Assembly (NCBI GenBank): GCA_964016885.1
Contig: OZ024742.1
Span: 336,164,001-336,228,000, forward strand
Direction: 5' to 3'
Length of the DNA: 64,000 nucleotides
Source: Eledone cirrhosa
Lineage: Eukaryota
In this document: in pieces, positions 26,912 through 41,210 of the stretch
Layout: each line of letters starts with the position of its first letter
Numbering within the stretch: the stretch's first letter is position 1
Translations under genes and position numbers: made by a program
Notes under the pieces: model-generated
The model's database searches: none
Seen by the model: only the letters and a program-made list of their open reading frames with translations
What the model was told of the DNA's origin: nothing

Positions 26912-28224
26912 CGAGGTGTGTCAGAAAGGTTCCAGGACTGATGTCACAAAAGATTTATTTCAAACTCAAACTTCACACAAAGAGTTTTCTCCTTCAAAAT
27001 AATCCCCCTGGAGTATGTAACTGTAATCTTAGCTCTCTGCAGCGGTCAAACTTTTTTCTTCATAATTTCATATACATGTCCTCTGTTTCAGGTCGTCAAG
27101 CAGTGAGCACAGAGCAACGAACAAACTTGAAGTTTCTGGTACGGTTGGGGAAAACTCCGTCAGAAGCACCGGGATTGCTGCAGCAAGTGTATGGAGATGA
27201 GACGATGTCACGCTCACGTGTTTTTGAGTGGTGCAAGAGGTTTACAGAAGGACGCGAGGACGTGGAAGATGACCCTGGGAGCGGAAGGCCCTCAACAACC
27301 AGAACTGAAGTCAACATTGAGCGCGTCAGTCAGATGGTACGTAGCGATCGTCGACTGACTGTTCGACTGATGGCGAATGAGCTGGGCATGAATCGGGACA
27401 GCGTCTGGAAGATTCTCACTGAAGATTTGGACATGCGGAAAGTCTGCGCGAAGATGGTGCCAAAACTGCTGAACGATGACCAGAAGGGTCGACGCATGCA
27501 AGTGTGCCAGGACATCCTCAAGCGTCTTGAAACCGAACCAGACTTGCTAGGGACAGTCATCACTGGTGATGAGTCATGGATCTTCGAGTACGACCCGGAA
27601 ACCAAACGCCAGAGCCTTCAGTGTAAGAGTCCGACGTCGCCAAGGCCGAAGAAAGCACGACAGTCGAAGTCCAAAGTCAAGGTCATGTTGATCACATTAT
27701 TCGATGTGAGGGGGATCGTCCACTGCGAGATCTTGCCACAGGGCCAGACGATCAACCAAGATGTCTACAAAGAGATACTGCAGCGTTTGCTTCGTTCAGT
27801 GAGTGAGAAGAGGCGAGAGTTGTGGCAGGACAACTTGTGGCTGCTTCACCATGACAACGCGCCTGCTCACAATGCCCCGAGTATCTGACAGTTCCTAACC
27901 AAGAAGAACATCGCCGTGCTGGAGCAACCTCCCTACTCCCCCGACCTGGCTCCGTATGATTTTTTTCCTATTCCCCAAACTCAAAGGGTCATCAAAGGGA
28001 CCCGTTTTGAAGACGTGGACGACATCAAAAAGGCCGTGACGACGGAACTGCGGAAGATCCCGGAAGAATCCTTCCAGGAGTGCATGCAAGCGTGGCAGAA
28101 AAATATGGAAAAGTGCATTAGACTCCAGGGGGATTACTTAGAAGGAGAAAACTCTTAGTCTGAAGTTTGGGTTTGAAATAAATCTTTTGTGACATCAGTC
28201 CTGGAACTTTTCTGACACACCTCG
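26912..28224 (+). mobile_element. complete mariner (DD34D, irritans-like) with 64-bp TIRs and TA TSD
   Basis: TA|cgaggtgtgtcaga...cttca and tgaag...tctgacacacctcg|TA, 2 mismatches; 1313 bp. Confidence 0.96.
27103..28158 (+). pseudogene. mariner transposase with probable start-codon loss, premature TGA and a frameshift
   Basis: EQR..KF, SGRPS, VITGDESW, YDPETKRQS, HHDNAPAH, YSPDLAPYDFF; TGA 27886-27888; frameshift in the T-run near 27965. Confidence 0.93.
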
Positions 28225-28230
28225 TATGTA

Positions 28231-28479
28231 TATCACCGAAAAAAAGAGAATCAGTGTTGCGACGAATGGAATTTATTGGACACATTACGATCGTATCCCT
28301 GGCAACCAGCTCGAGGCACGATCGATGTGATGATTGAACCTGATTCTGAACATCGCAAGGTCCTCAGATAAGTCTTGATTCGTAGATTCGTGCCTCGAGC
28401 TCGTCGCCAGAGAACCGATTGTAATATGTCCAATAAATTCCATTCGTCGCAACACTGATTCTCTTTGTTTCGGTGATAT
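28231..28479. repeat. fold-back unit, ~90-bp imperfect arms
   Basis: tatcaccgaa...gaggcacga and tcgtgcctc...ttcggtgata. Confidence 0.9.
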
Positions 28480-28549
28480 CATACTCTATGAGAGCATCGA
28501 GTGCTCATACGGCCTACCGCATACGGACGCTTTAAGCATCCAACTCTCC

Positions 28550-28597
<48 letters not shown>

Positions 28598-28798
28598 TTA
28601 GTTATACTATTTATGGTTATGTAAACACAAAACCTTAAGCAGTTGTAAGTATTTTACATACACCCTAAATAGTGGTAGGCAGTAATGTATTACTACCTTA
28701 TTACCAGTAAGTTAAGTAGCTCAATGTAAAAACATCAGATGATTTACAGAGCAGTTATATGAAATATAAGAATCAAAGAACTGTTCAAAACATTATTG

Positions 28799-28845
28799 TG
28801 CTTACAGCTGTTTCCTCCAAACCGAGGTTTGGATTCTTCGGAGCA
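28799..28845 (-). ncRNA. minimal type I hammerhead-ribozyme-like motif
   Basis: identical inverted copy of 29415-29461. Confidence 0.6.
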
Positions 28846-29414
28846 ATTTATTAATGCATGGACAGTTATATGACCTCCTGGATTGTCGTGGATTATGTGA
28901 AAGGCATATAATCGAAATATACACTCCCTTGACCATGAAAATGCCGAAGTACATGAATTACTTGACATCCCTGCGCTGTGCATCTCCAATACTTATAACA
29001 CTTTTAATGCTTGCACTATCTTTAATGCTTATAATATTTCTCCACACACAGACTACATCAATCATATAAAGACTTTGCCACCAGATCTACCAACCTAACA
29101 CTCTTATTTACCTACCTAAGTGCCTCTACCACACATATCTCTCTGCCACACTATATAAACAAGACGCACATGCGTGCCACACATATAACATTTGCACTAT
29201 ATAACCACTTATCTTCATGTTGTACTTTAACCTATATCTTTGATTTTTGATTGTACCTATTAATATAAATGTAATCTCGAAGTGTGTACTGCCACTCTAA
29301 ATTCTGTAATGAATGTTGACCCACAATGTTTGAATATGTATCAATGTTTGAATATGTATTGGTATGTCTCTCGGCTGAAAAGGAGGTCATATAACTGTCC
29401 ATGCATTAATAAAT

Positions 29415-29461
29415 TGCTCCGAAGAATCCAAACCTCGGTTTGGAGGAAACAGCTGTAAGCA
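29415..29461 (+). ncRNA. minimal type I hammerhead-ribozyme-like motif
   Basis: tgct CCGAAGA a-tccaaacc-tc-ggtttgga-g GAAA cagctg TA agca. Confidence 0.6.
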
Positions 29462-29492
29462 CAATAATGTTTTGAACAGTTCTTTGATTCTT

Positions 29493-29989
<497 letters not shown>

Positions 29990-30250
29990 TTCTACCAAAA
30001 GGAAGTTAGAGACTAGAAATAGGTAGTAACGTAACCATTATCATGCTAGCCGATACATCGACTTTACACGATCAATCGACCCGCTGAAACGATCATAAAA
30101 CTATGAACTAATTAACTACCTACCTCTGACTTCTATCTTGTTTTTCTTCATTGTTCTACACACACACACATGTTCCCATCTTGACGACATAGTCGCATAT
30201 ATGTTATGGAATACTGTTAGCTTCTCGCTAAAACAATGTATATACCTTTC

Positions 30251-30320
<70 letters not shown>

Positions 30321-30360
30321 ATGAGGTTTGACAATTGAATAACCATCTGGTTGCTAGCAT

Positions 30361-30465
30361 TAATAATCACGTACCTGTCTAATAATAAATACTGAAATGA
30401 AACGCAACTGCTGTGTGTGCCTCTTTTATTGGCAGCATGACCCTCATAACATATACCAATATCTG

Positions 30466-30513
<48 letters not shown>

Positions 30514-30670
30514 TTCGTTTTTGTATTCATGCAATATTTTTGATGTGAAATCGTGTGTTGAAACAGATATTGTTATAGGTTAGGAGGATCATGCTGCCAA
30601 TAAAAGGAACACACGCACCAGTTGAGTTTCATTTCAGATTTTATTATTAGACAGGTACGTGATTAATAAT
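30361..30670. repeat. inverted repeat around (TA)n, related to 38484-38972
   Basis: arms ~30361-30467 and 30562-30670; shares catgctgccaataa..acacacgcaccagttg. Confidence 0.85.
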
Positions 30671-30674
30671 AATG

Positions 30675-31080
30675 TTTTCTGATTAAAGGCACAAGGTCCG
30701 CAATTTAGGGACAAGGGAAAGTCGATTACATTGACCCCAGTGCATATTGGTACTTTATTTTATTGACCCCGTAAGGATGAAAGGCAAAGCCAACCTCGGC
30801 GGGATTTGAACTCGGAACGTAAAGGGACCTAACTACATGCCACAAAAAATTATCTGGCGCTCTACTGATAGTGCCAATCCACCACCCTATATATGATTAT
30901 GTGATAAATCATAATTGTTTCTAGTTTAGGCACAAGGCCATGGGAATGGAATGTTGATTAATTCGACCTCAGTGCATTACTGGTGCTTTATATTATCAAC
31001 TGCATAAGGATGAAAGGTAAAGCTAACCTCGGGGGGATTACTCACAATGTAAAGGGCCTTCACTCTATGCTGCGAAGCAT
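30675..31080 (-). mobile_element. two tandem SINE family A copies
   Basis: rc of the family A core at 30675-30890 and 30915-31080. Confidence 0.8.
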
Positions 31081-31768
31081 AATAACAACGAAATGGTTAT
31101 TTAATTGTGAAAACTCTTTCGTCACACATTCTGTGGCCTTCACAATGGATGTTTTGACACTCTTTGTCTCCTTTTCGCATTGATTTTGTTTCATGAACTC
31201 CATCGTTGATTCATATCCAGTTACACCCTCTTGTATTTTAATTTATTTTTGTTTTTCTGTGGTGTGTGTATGCGGTATGCCCATGTTTGTGAGTGTGTAC
31301 TTGTGTGAGCATGTGCGTGTTTCTTTATATATTGCTGCTGTTGCCGGTTTCTGTATGTGTTATGCGCCTATGTGCAAGTATGTGTATGTGTATGTGTGTA
31401 TATTTGTGTGTGTGTGTGGTCATATGTATATACATGTGTGTGATTCTGTATATATTGCTACTATTGCAAGTTTCTGTACATCTTTACCTTTCTCTTGTGC
31501 ATATGTGTATCCCCTGGTGGCTCAAACCCTACCAGCATTCGTTTACCCTTCCTTATCTAACAATGGGTATGTATAACACTTATTTGAATCCCTACATTCG
31601 TCACTATGTCTGTCTCAGCTAACCTGAGTGCAGTAATATGTTTGTCACCACATGTTCCTGCGAGTGCACATGGACAACTCTAGAGCAACAAGACTCATTG
31701 CTGTGCCATAATAAATGAATACTTAAACTCTACTTCGATATTGAACACGTTCTTCTCTTTTATATATA

Positions 31769-34070
31769 CTAGCAGTTTAGCCCGGCGTTGCTCGGGTTTG
31801 TTCATTTGCTATGAAAAGTTACATACAGGCAAACGTGGCTTGAAAGCGAATAAGCTTATCAATTAAGTGCATAAAGCAGTTGAACCGGTTATTAAAAGTT
31901 ACGAACCAATTAGCATTTTGGACAATCAATGATGGGTTAATAATCTTCCAATAGCGAATTTAGTAAATCAAAGTTGCAAGATTGTGGCCCTGATGCCGCT
32001 GGGTGTCAGATTTGTCCGCCATGGGTGACCTTACCAGGAAATAGTTTTCCAGACGGCATAGTTCCAACACCTCCAACACCTGCACCAACATCTATAGCAC
32101 CTCTTTGTAGACGATATTGCGTGTCATCCTTTGAGGAGATTAAGCAAAAAGTCCATTCCTGCTCCCTATGCGGGAACAGGCAACATAAAGTTGGCCATGG
32201 GAGAAGCATGGCTCCCCCAAATGGATGCCGGCCACCGACAATGTTTGCCCTTGTGACTTGTTAATGGACATGGCAAAACATGGTCTCACCGGGAATTGGG
32301 ATTGCCGGAAATCGAACGGGATATCTGACGCCGAGGGGAAAAGGTTCATCCTTGGAATGAAAACATTCTCCCCTCTCCCGCACCCCGTTACAATGGTGGC
32401 CTCAATCAAGTGGGGCGTCAGTGACTTGACGACCATGTGAGTACCGTTGCACTGCTTTGGTGGACGCAAGTTCCTTATTAGCATAATGGGACAGCCAACC
32501 CTAAGCTTAAGAATGTGAGGTGGGAGCTCTGGGGGCTCAAGGGAATTTAATAACTCAACCGGATAATTAACGATATCGTCGGTGTTTAACGTCCGGTCGA
32601 TAGATTTGAAGATGTACTCTTTACCGGGAATCTTCTCAATCAGCTGCTCGTTAATAAAATTAACCATGGTATTTTTCGGAGCAAGGATGGTTCTTTCGCT
32701 GAGCCAATCGAGGTTTTTAAAGTTAGATGAGATATTAGGAAAAACTGCTTTCCAAAGGTCAGAAGGGCTGCTCACAATGTTGCACAGGGAGTAGATTGCT
32801 AAGCCGCCCTTGTCATCCGCAGGGACCTTGCCCTCACCAAGTGCGAAAATGTTCTGAGCAAATGCTGCAGACATGTTGTCATCATGCAAATGAGCACGCA
32901 TATTTGTGCTTAGGTACAAACTCTTCACATGGACGATTTAAGGCAGGCACGCACTTCATCAGCTCTTGTCCCTTTGGGAATGACAGGCAGCGTTACGCCA
33001 CCCATAGGAGCCGTAGAATCCCTAATGTCTTTCAGGGTCCTGTCCAATGCCTCAAAGGCACCCTTGTGTGCCATTGTGCACTCATCCCAAACAATGAGGC
33101 AACATTTTTTGAGAACCAGAGCTTTGTGTGCACTCTTGCTGATATTGCATGTTGGCGTCTCAGTTTAAAGGTTTAATGTGCTGTCCTGCCTCCCGGCAGA
33201 AAAGTAGCAGCGATCCCGGACGATACAACGGCCAACGCAATTTTTTCTCCTGACGAATCTTAGCAAGAATGAATTTCGTTACAAAAGTTTTTCCGGTTCC
33301 CCCAGGAGCATCGAGAAAGTAAATACCCCCGGTCTGATTTTTAACCGTGTCAATGATAGTTAAATAGGCCAACCTTTGGTCCGACAGAAGTATTGGGAAA
33401 GAGATTCGATGTCATATGCTGTTTCCCGCAACAAATCCGAAGCCAACGTTTTAGCTTCCTCTCTGACGGTTGACGGCAAGCCATACTTCGCCAACTCACT
33501 TCTACCCATGTTGAGAAGGGCGTCCTTGATATCAATGAGTGCCCTGTTGTAGATAATGTCGCTGTAACTAACTTCCACTGAAGGATATTGCAGATGAGCC
33601 AGGCGCAGGAAGTCCTCAGACATGAAGTCTCTGTACTTGACCCATAAAGATTTGGGATCACCCAATTCACACTTTTGAAGCAAAATGGCAAAGAGTTCCC
33701 GTAGACCTTTAGGTGATTTCAACAAAGCACTCTCTGCTAAAGTGGAATCCCATTGCGAACCATCTTCCAAAAGACCATTCTTAAAGCAGGCTTCCCGGTA
33801 CGTATCACATATTTCTCCATCAACAGTTTTGAGGTCCTGAAAACTTTGTGGGCCTACAACTTCATGCAGAAGAAGGCGGAGATGAAAGCACTCATGCTGA
33901 CTTGGGGGCACTGTGTAAACGCTTCCAATACAGATGTCAAATTTTACACCAGGATGTCTTTCAACAGCCTGACCTGACTTTCTTCGCACCCAAGTATTTT
34001 TCGACCATATAAAGTAGGATGGAACCCGTGGGTGCACAATTGTTTGCGCAAATGTATCAAACTGGCAATC
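31769..34070 (-). mobile_element. 5'-truncated autonomous Helitron remnant
   Basis: 3' hairpin cccgagcaacgccggg then CTAG|T at 31769; RepHel fragments upstream. Confidence 0.92.
32140..34070 (-). pseudogene. Helitron RepHel: PIF1-family helicase and upstream region, frameshifted
   Basis: FLDAPGGTGKTF, LSTNMR, ILAPKN, MLIRNL..CNGT, QFPVRPCFAMSINKSQGQTL, FSHGQLYVACSR; ECFHLRLLL..V.GP.SF.DLKTVDG. Confidence 0.92.
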
Positions 34071-34154
34071 AGGGGTAACCACAGTGAGTAAGGTACTCAA
34101 TATATACTCTGCTATGTATTGAGTACCTTACTTACTGTGGTTACCCTCCGATTG
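34066..34154. repeat. short fold-back unit truncating the Helitron
   Basis: gggtaaccacagt..taaggtactcaata and tattgagtacctta..actgtggttaccc; same motif at 42817-42847. Confidence 0.85.
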
Positions 34155-34489
34155 AACCCGGGATACATACACACACACACTCACATATATACATATGTGT
34201 GTACATGTTCATGTGTTGTCTGTGTATGTATGCCTATGTGAGAGTGTGTGTGACCTTTAAATCCAGTGTCTCACCTAAATTAAAAATAATAAGCTAACAG
34301 AAATGGCATTAAAAATCATCTCTAGATAGCCAGTACCTAAGGAAATGTGTTTGGTGGTGTGAGAGGACACGAACGCAGCACCTTTCCTTCTCCCTGTTGG
34401 CTGGTCACTAACCAATGCCCTTATGGCCAACCGTTTGTGGTCTCATGCTGTGTAAAAACCTTATCAATCCAAGCTAGGAACATTACCTG

Positions 34490-35190
<701 letters not shown>

Positions 35191-35915
35191 TGGGGGGGGG
35201 GGGAGACTCAGCTAACTGCGTAGATTGATATGTATATATGTATGTATATATGTGCGAAAAAAAAAGACTATATATATATATATTGAAACATACCCTCCAT
35301 ATGTAATGTGATCCCGCAGCTCATCCTTTTAGTTGAACTATCATTAAATCTATGCATTTCCGTTCAACTTTTCATTTCCGGTTAACCAGCCATTGTAATT
35401 TCATTTACGGAGTGCATAGGGGGGTGGAACGGGCGGCGTTTTTGGTCGTTTATTGTTACTATTTTTTTTTTGTAGTTACATGTTTTTTTAATATATTTTT
35501 TGTTTAGTTTAATTATTTAGCTCTTTTCTTGTCGGTGTCGGTGGTGGTGGTGCTAGTGGCGATGCTAGAGGTTTTCGTTGTCGTACGTAGTAATGTTGAT
35601 GGTGTTAGACATGACGATTGTGGTAGCCATGAGAGTGCTGCTCGTATGATTGCATTGAATGTAGGCAGTCGTGATGGTGTAAGTAATTCATTTGCATATA
35701 TGTGTATGTATGTGTGTGAATAAGTATATAATGACATATATGTATATGTATTAACACACAGAAATGTATACGTGGAGACACACACGCACACACACAAATA
35801 TATATATATATATATATATATAACAACAAGGAAAGGGAGGGGTGGAATTGGAAAAAATGTCTTTAGATAAAAATAACAGGTCTATTCATGTTGACACACA
35901 CATATATATATAGAG

Positions 35916-36532
35916 GTATATGATCTTTAAAGCGAAGAAATACCAATGAATGTTGGAAGATCACTGATGAAGGACTAATTTTATTCATATGTAACCCATA
36001 TGCAACCACGCAGCACGCCATTTTTCATATATTTATATTTTCTCCTCCGCTGCGACCTGTCTGTTTCTTTCTTACTGCTTCCCCTTTCTCTGTATCTCTC
36101 ACCTTCTTTTTATCCCCTCTGCCAGTCACTCTCTCTCAGCTGGCCTCTTCCTCACACTTTCACTCACTCACTCTCTGCTCCTCCCCCTCTCTCACTTCCT
36201 TCCGTTTGACCTGTGTGAAATCCTTTTCTCGCTCACATCTCGCCCAGGTCGGATGATCTTTACCTCTCGTCTATGATTTCACCGAGTTTAAGTTCATAGA
36301 TATCACGGACTTGTCTCTTCTTTTCCTCTCTTTCCGTTGCATTACCATCTATATTTGTTTACATGTCTCGCTCGCTTCACCCTATTTTACGTGTCCCAAT
36401 AACTTTCTTTATTTATTGTTCGCACGTATATGATCTTTAAAGCGAAGAAATACCAATGAAGGTTGGAAGATCACTGATGAAGGACTAATTTTATTCATAT
36501 GTAACCCATGTGCAACCACGCAGCACGCCATT

Positions 36533-36540
<8 letters not shown>
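35916..36540. repeat. unit bounded by 115-bp direct repeats, 510-bp period, between TA tracts
   Basis: 35916-36030 vs 36426-36540, 2 mismatches; contains CTGATGA. Confidence 0.9.
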
Positions 36541-36594
<54 letters not shown>

Positions 36595-36796
36595 GGGGAT
36601 AGATATCCACTATACTACGTCTACAATTAATATTTCATCTTCAGCTTATTTCAAGACTATTGATGTTTGCTTCTCTTCCTTATGTGATTACTCCAAGATA
36701 TGTATTTTGAATAATAGCACAATACAAACTGCTTATTAAGACTCAACTGTTCACTCCTCATATATGCTGCAGATGAAAACACTGCGGTGTTTTCAT

Positions 36797-36935
36797 ATAT
36801 GTATGTTCTTCTGGTTTTATAATTTCACAAATTTTCGCCAATAGAGAGAGAGTCGGTTTCTAACATAGACACAAGACTCTCTCATTAGAATTTACACAAC
36901 ATCAACTAGGTATGTCTATCTGCATGTGTAGATAT
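36797..36935 (+). repeat. dispersed repeat shared with 3297-3450
   Basis: atgtatgttcttctggttttataatttcacaaat...acacaacatcaactaggta at both loci. Confidence 0.85.
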
Positions 36936-36950
36936 ATATATATATATATA

Positions 36951-37365
36951 TATTAATAAGAGGATTTCCAACTTTGTCTGATTTACTCGTTTTATTTACA
37001 ATCCTTTAAAATTTATAATGGCATTATAATAAAATAGTATGATAGAATATTAAATTCTAAGTGTTAATTGAACAAGTACTTTCATGCTTTCGCAATCTTC
37101 AGGTTCACATTCTGTGGTGACAGTCAAGTTTGCAATTTTCAACAGTTGAAAATTGCAAACTTGACTGTCACCACATATTATGAACCTGAAGATTGCGAAA
37201 GCATGAAAGTACTTGTTCAATTAACACTTAGAATTTAATATTCTATCATACTATTTTATTATAATACCATTATAAATTTTAAAGGATTGTAAATAAAACG
37301 AGTAAATCAGACAAAGTTGGAATTCCTCTTATTAATATAATCTTCTATACACAATCATACACACC
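36951..37365. repeat. near-perfect ~390-bp palindrome (190-bp arms, 1-nt loop) in (TA)n
   Basis: centre ttttcaac-a-gttgaaaa at 37144. Confidence 0.95.
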
Positions 37366-37385
37366 CGTGTATATTTATCTATTTA

Positions 37386-37421
<36 letters not shown>

Positions 37422-37588
37422 GAGGGTCATATTGTTGTAATAATATTGCCAGAATTAATAACAGAACACACTCACTCTTTGGTTGGTTATATATTAAATG
37501 TATAGAAAAAACAAATACTAGACGTAAAGTATAGAAACATGAAGAATTTTATCAAACAGTTCGTGCTTTAACACACACACACACGCAC

Positions 37589-38483
<895 letters not shown>

Positions 38484-38488
<5 letters not shown>

Positions 38489-38969
38489 ATACTTTGGGAA
38501 GGTCATGTTGCCAATAACAAACACACGCACCAGTTGCTTTCACTCCAATTTATTATAAATTAAATTTATAAATTTCCGGTTGGTTGGTTGGTTCCACAAC
38601 CAGACGATTGTTCATATATTGTCAAAGTTCTCTCGTCACACATTCTGTGACCTCTTTAGCACACACACAAAAACAAGATGGCGTAGGACAGAACAAAGGA
38701 GAGGCACAAAAACAGAGCAAATAATCCCCAGTCCCTGAAGAGGTCACAGAATGTGTGACGAAAGAACTTTGACAATATATGAACAATCGTCTGGTTGTGG
38801 AACCAACCAACCAGCCGGAAATTTATAAATTTAATTTATAATAAATTGGAGTGAAAGCAACCGGTGCGTGTGTTTCTTATTGGCAACATGACCCTCCCAA
38901 AGTATAACAATATCGGTTTCAACACACGTTTTCAGATAAAGAATCTTGCTCTAAACAAATTCAGAAACG

Positions 38970-38972
<3 letters not shown>
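38484..38972. repeat. fold-back element, ~170-bp arms, in (TA)n
   Basis: arms ~38484-38655 and 38737-38912; CTGAAGA..gtcaca/tgtgac..GAAA at 38735-38763. Confidence 0.9.
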
Positions 38973-39000
<28 letters not shown>

Positions 39001-39005
<5 letters not shown>

Positions 39006-39129
39006 TAAAATAACATTAAAATTTAAGCAAAGAATCGCTGCTTTCACCCTTAACGGGATCTTCAGAAGATCCCGGTAAGGGGGAAAGCAGCGATTCTTTG
39101 CTTAAACTTTAATCTGTTATTTTAATAAA
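39001..39129. repeat. palindrome of a module also present inside two Helitrons
   Basis: gaagatcccgttaagggtgaaagcagcgattctttgcttaaactttaat at 38120-38170 and (rc) 63263-63310. Confidence 0.88.
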
Positions 39130-39218
39130 TATTTGCTCTACGGTTCTTATATATTTGATATATATGTATCCTTATCGAGCTCTCTTTGGATTTTAGTCTT
39201 CAAATTTATTATTATTAC

Positions 39219-39305
<87 letters not shown>

Positions 39306-39367
39306 ATGTGCTTATGTGCGTGTATGCATGCACGCACAAAGATATGTATGTATCTATCGCTTGAAAA

Positions 39368-39450
39368 CGGTAAGTGAGAGATATTACAATAACAAACTTT
39401 AAACTAACATATACGATAAAGTTTGTTATTGTAATATCTCTCACTTACCG
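39368..39450. repeat. short inverted repeat, ~32-bp arms
   Basis: cggtaagtgagagatattacaataacaaactt and aagtttgttattgtaatatctctcacttaccg. Confidence 0.9.
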
Positions 39451-40140
39451 TCACACATTCATAACTGGAATTTCCCACTGTGTGATTTCTAACTAAATTA
39501 CAGACGGAATCACTTGTTTAAGCCAGAATGACAGAGAATAGGATAAGTCTGTATTCACTCAGAGAGTTCCGTGTTGAATAATATAGAATAACGTAATAGA
39601 CGCACAACAAGGTATTGGACCGCACACTCTGGTATAGAATAGCAAGTTGGTAGGCGAAAAATATCAAAAAGTTCTATGATCGAGAAAACACAAGCTGATT
39701 GAATTAAAAGAAAAACATGAAATATTCCGGCTTAGCTAGCCATATAGGAAGTTTCTTGCGGCATAGGAAGTTTCTTGCGGCAGAGTCCTATCGTGAAAAT
39801 CAACGCGAATTGAAGCGTCAAAATCACTAACACTTCCCCATGCGCTTCCTGTTGCCGGATACGAAGCCTCGACCTTGTGATAGTGTGTTCAACACTGAAA
39901 CTCTCGGACACGCACCTTAACCGAAGGAAACAGGAGTAGAAGCCCAACAGTTAAATCAATAATAACATCAGTTATAGAAATTTAGATGATGATGATGATA
40001 ATTGGCACAGGTATTAAGCGTTAAAAGGGTTAATGTCTAAATATATTTATTATTCGTCGAACTTGCAACACCCGAGACATAAATATACACTTGCCAAATC
40101 TCATGTTTTGAATCAGAATCGAAACACGCATCCTCACACA

Positions 40141-40222
<82 letters not shown>

Positions 40223-40383
40223 CTCAAAGGTAAAATTTTTTGGAAAACAGATAGAAATAAACTATAATAATGAGTGTATGCCGCCCCTCCTCTCTATCTC
40301 TTATTCTTATATAACAGCCGTTTGTTCCTCATCTGCTGCCTGAATATGTACATACGTGTATATATATGTTGGTGCGAGAGGGA

Positions 40384-40452
<69 letters not shown>

Positions 40453-40539
40453 ATGGTATAGGTTTCTCATGATTTATTCGCTTTGAATTACCGATTTTTT
40501 TTTAACGTTTTGGAGGGAAGAATAGGTTTGGGGGAAGAG

Positions 40540-40830
40540 GTTATGTGTATGACCTCTGTAGGCCCTCAGTGACCAATGCGGTTGAAGCTGCATTGGTCAC
40601 AATTTAGATTGTTGCTGGTCGACTCCTGCATGAAAACGATGTGCAGGCGAGAACATTCCAGAGGGACGACATTCTAACGAGGAAAGACTGATCACACTGC
40701 TTAGTGCTATGTCTAGCAGTTGGATTTAATATAAGTAAATAGAGAAGATGAGATGAATGAGGTGGGGTGTCAGAGTGATGGTGTCACGGGGTCAGAGAAA
40801 TCCGAGGATCAGATGCCATGTGAAATGTGG
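40540..40830 (-). mobile_element. possible CR1/L2-group LINE 3' remnant
   Basis: rc translates ..HSTKQCDQSFLVRMSSLWNVL.., resembling SF..R...WN.LP. Confidence 0.4.
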
Positions 40831-40842
40831 TGTGGCAAATAA

Positions 40843-40921
<79 letters not shown>

Positions 40922-40926
<5 letters not shown>

Positions 40927-41210
40927 CAGGTCCAAACAAAATGGAACCAAGCTCCCACTGTCACTGCCTCCGTCTCTCCGGCTCTCCCCATGTCTCATTA
41001 TTATGAGCAAATGGGGGCCTACACGCTGGCCGCAACACGGCCCCGACGGTGAGAAAGAGACGTTTCCCCGGGGGATGGTGCGGAAGACGCGCTGGAAGAG
41101 CTATTCCAGCTCGCGAGGCTCACACCTACGGGTACCCAACTCCGTGCTGATGGGAGTGAGTAGGGAGGTGGTCCTGGGACAAAAGACACCAGAAGTCTCC
41201 ACAGCTATTG
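40922..41210 (-). mobile_element. second CRE-clade-like 3' remnant, ending at (TA)n
   Basis: homologous to 8466-8815; AVETSGVF...EPRELE*LFQRV..IPRGN. Confidence 0.6.

Larger units (their letters stand above)
28757..29503. mobile_element. element with ~123-bp perfect inverted repeats, each holding a hammerhead-like motif (Penelope-like pseudo-LTRs)
   Basis: arms 28757-28879 and 29381-29503; right end abuts (TA)n. Confidence 0.75.

Noticed and set aside
32140-32928. Host PIF1 helicase gene
   Set aside because: Intronless, frameshifted and followed by a Helitron hairpin-CTAG end.
35521-35684. Possible 158-nt exon (tttag ... ggt|gtaagt)
   Set aside because: The interior looks like a decayed (GTN)n repeat and has no recognisable protein similarity.
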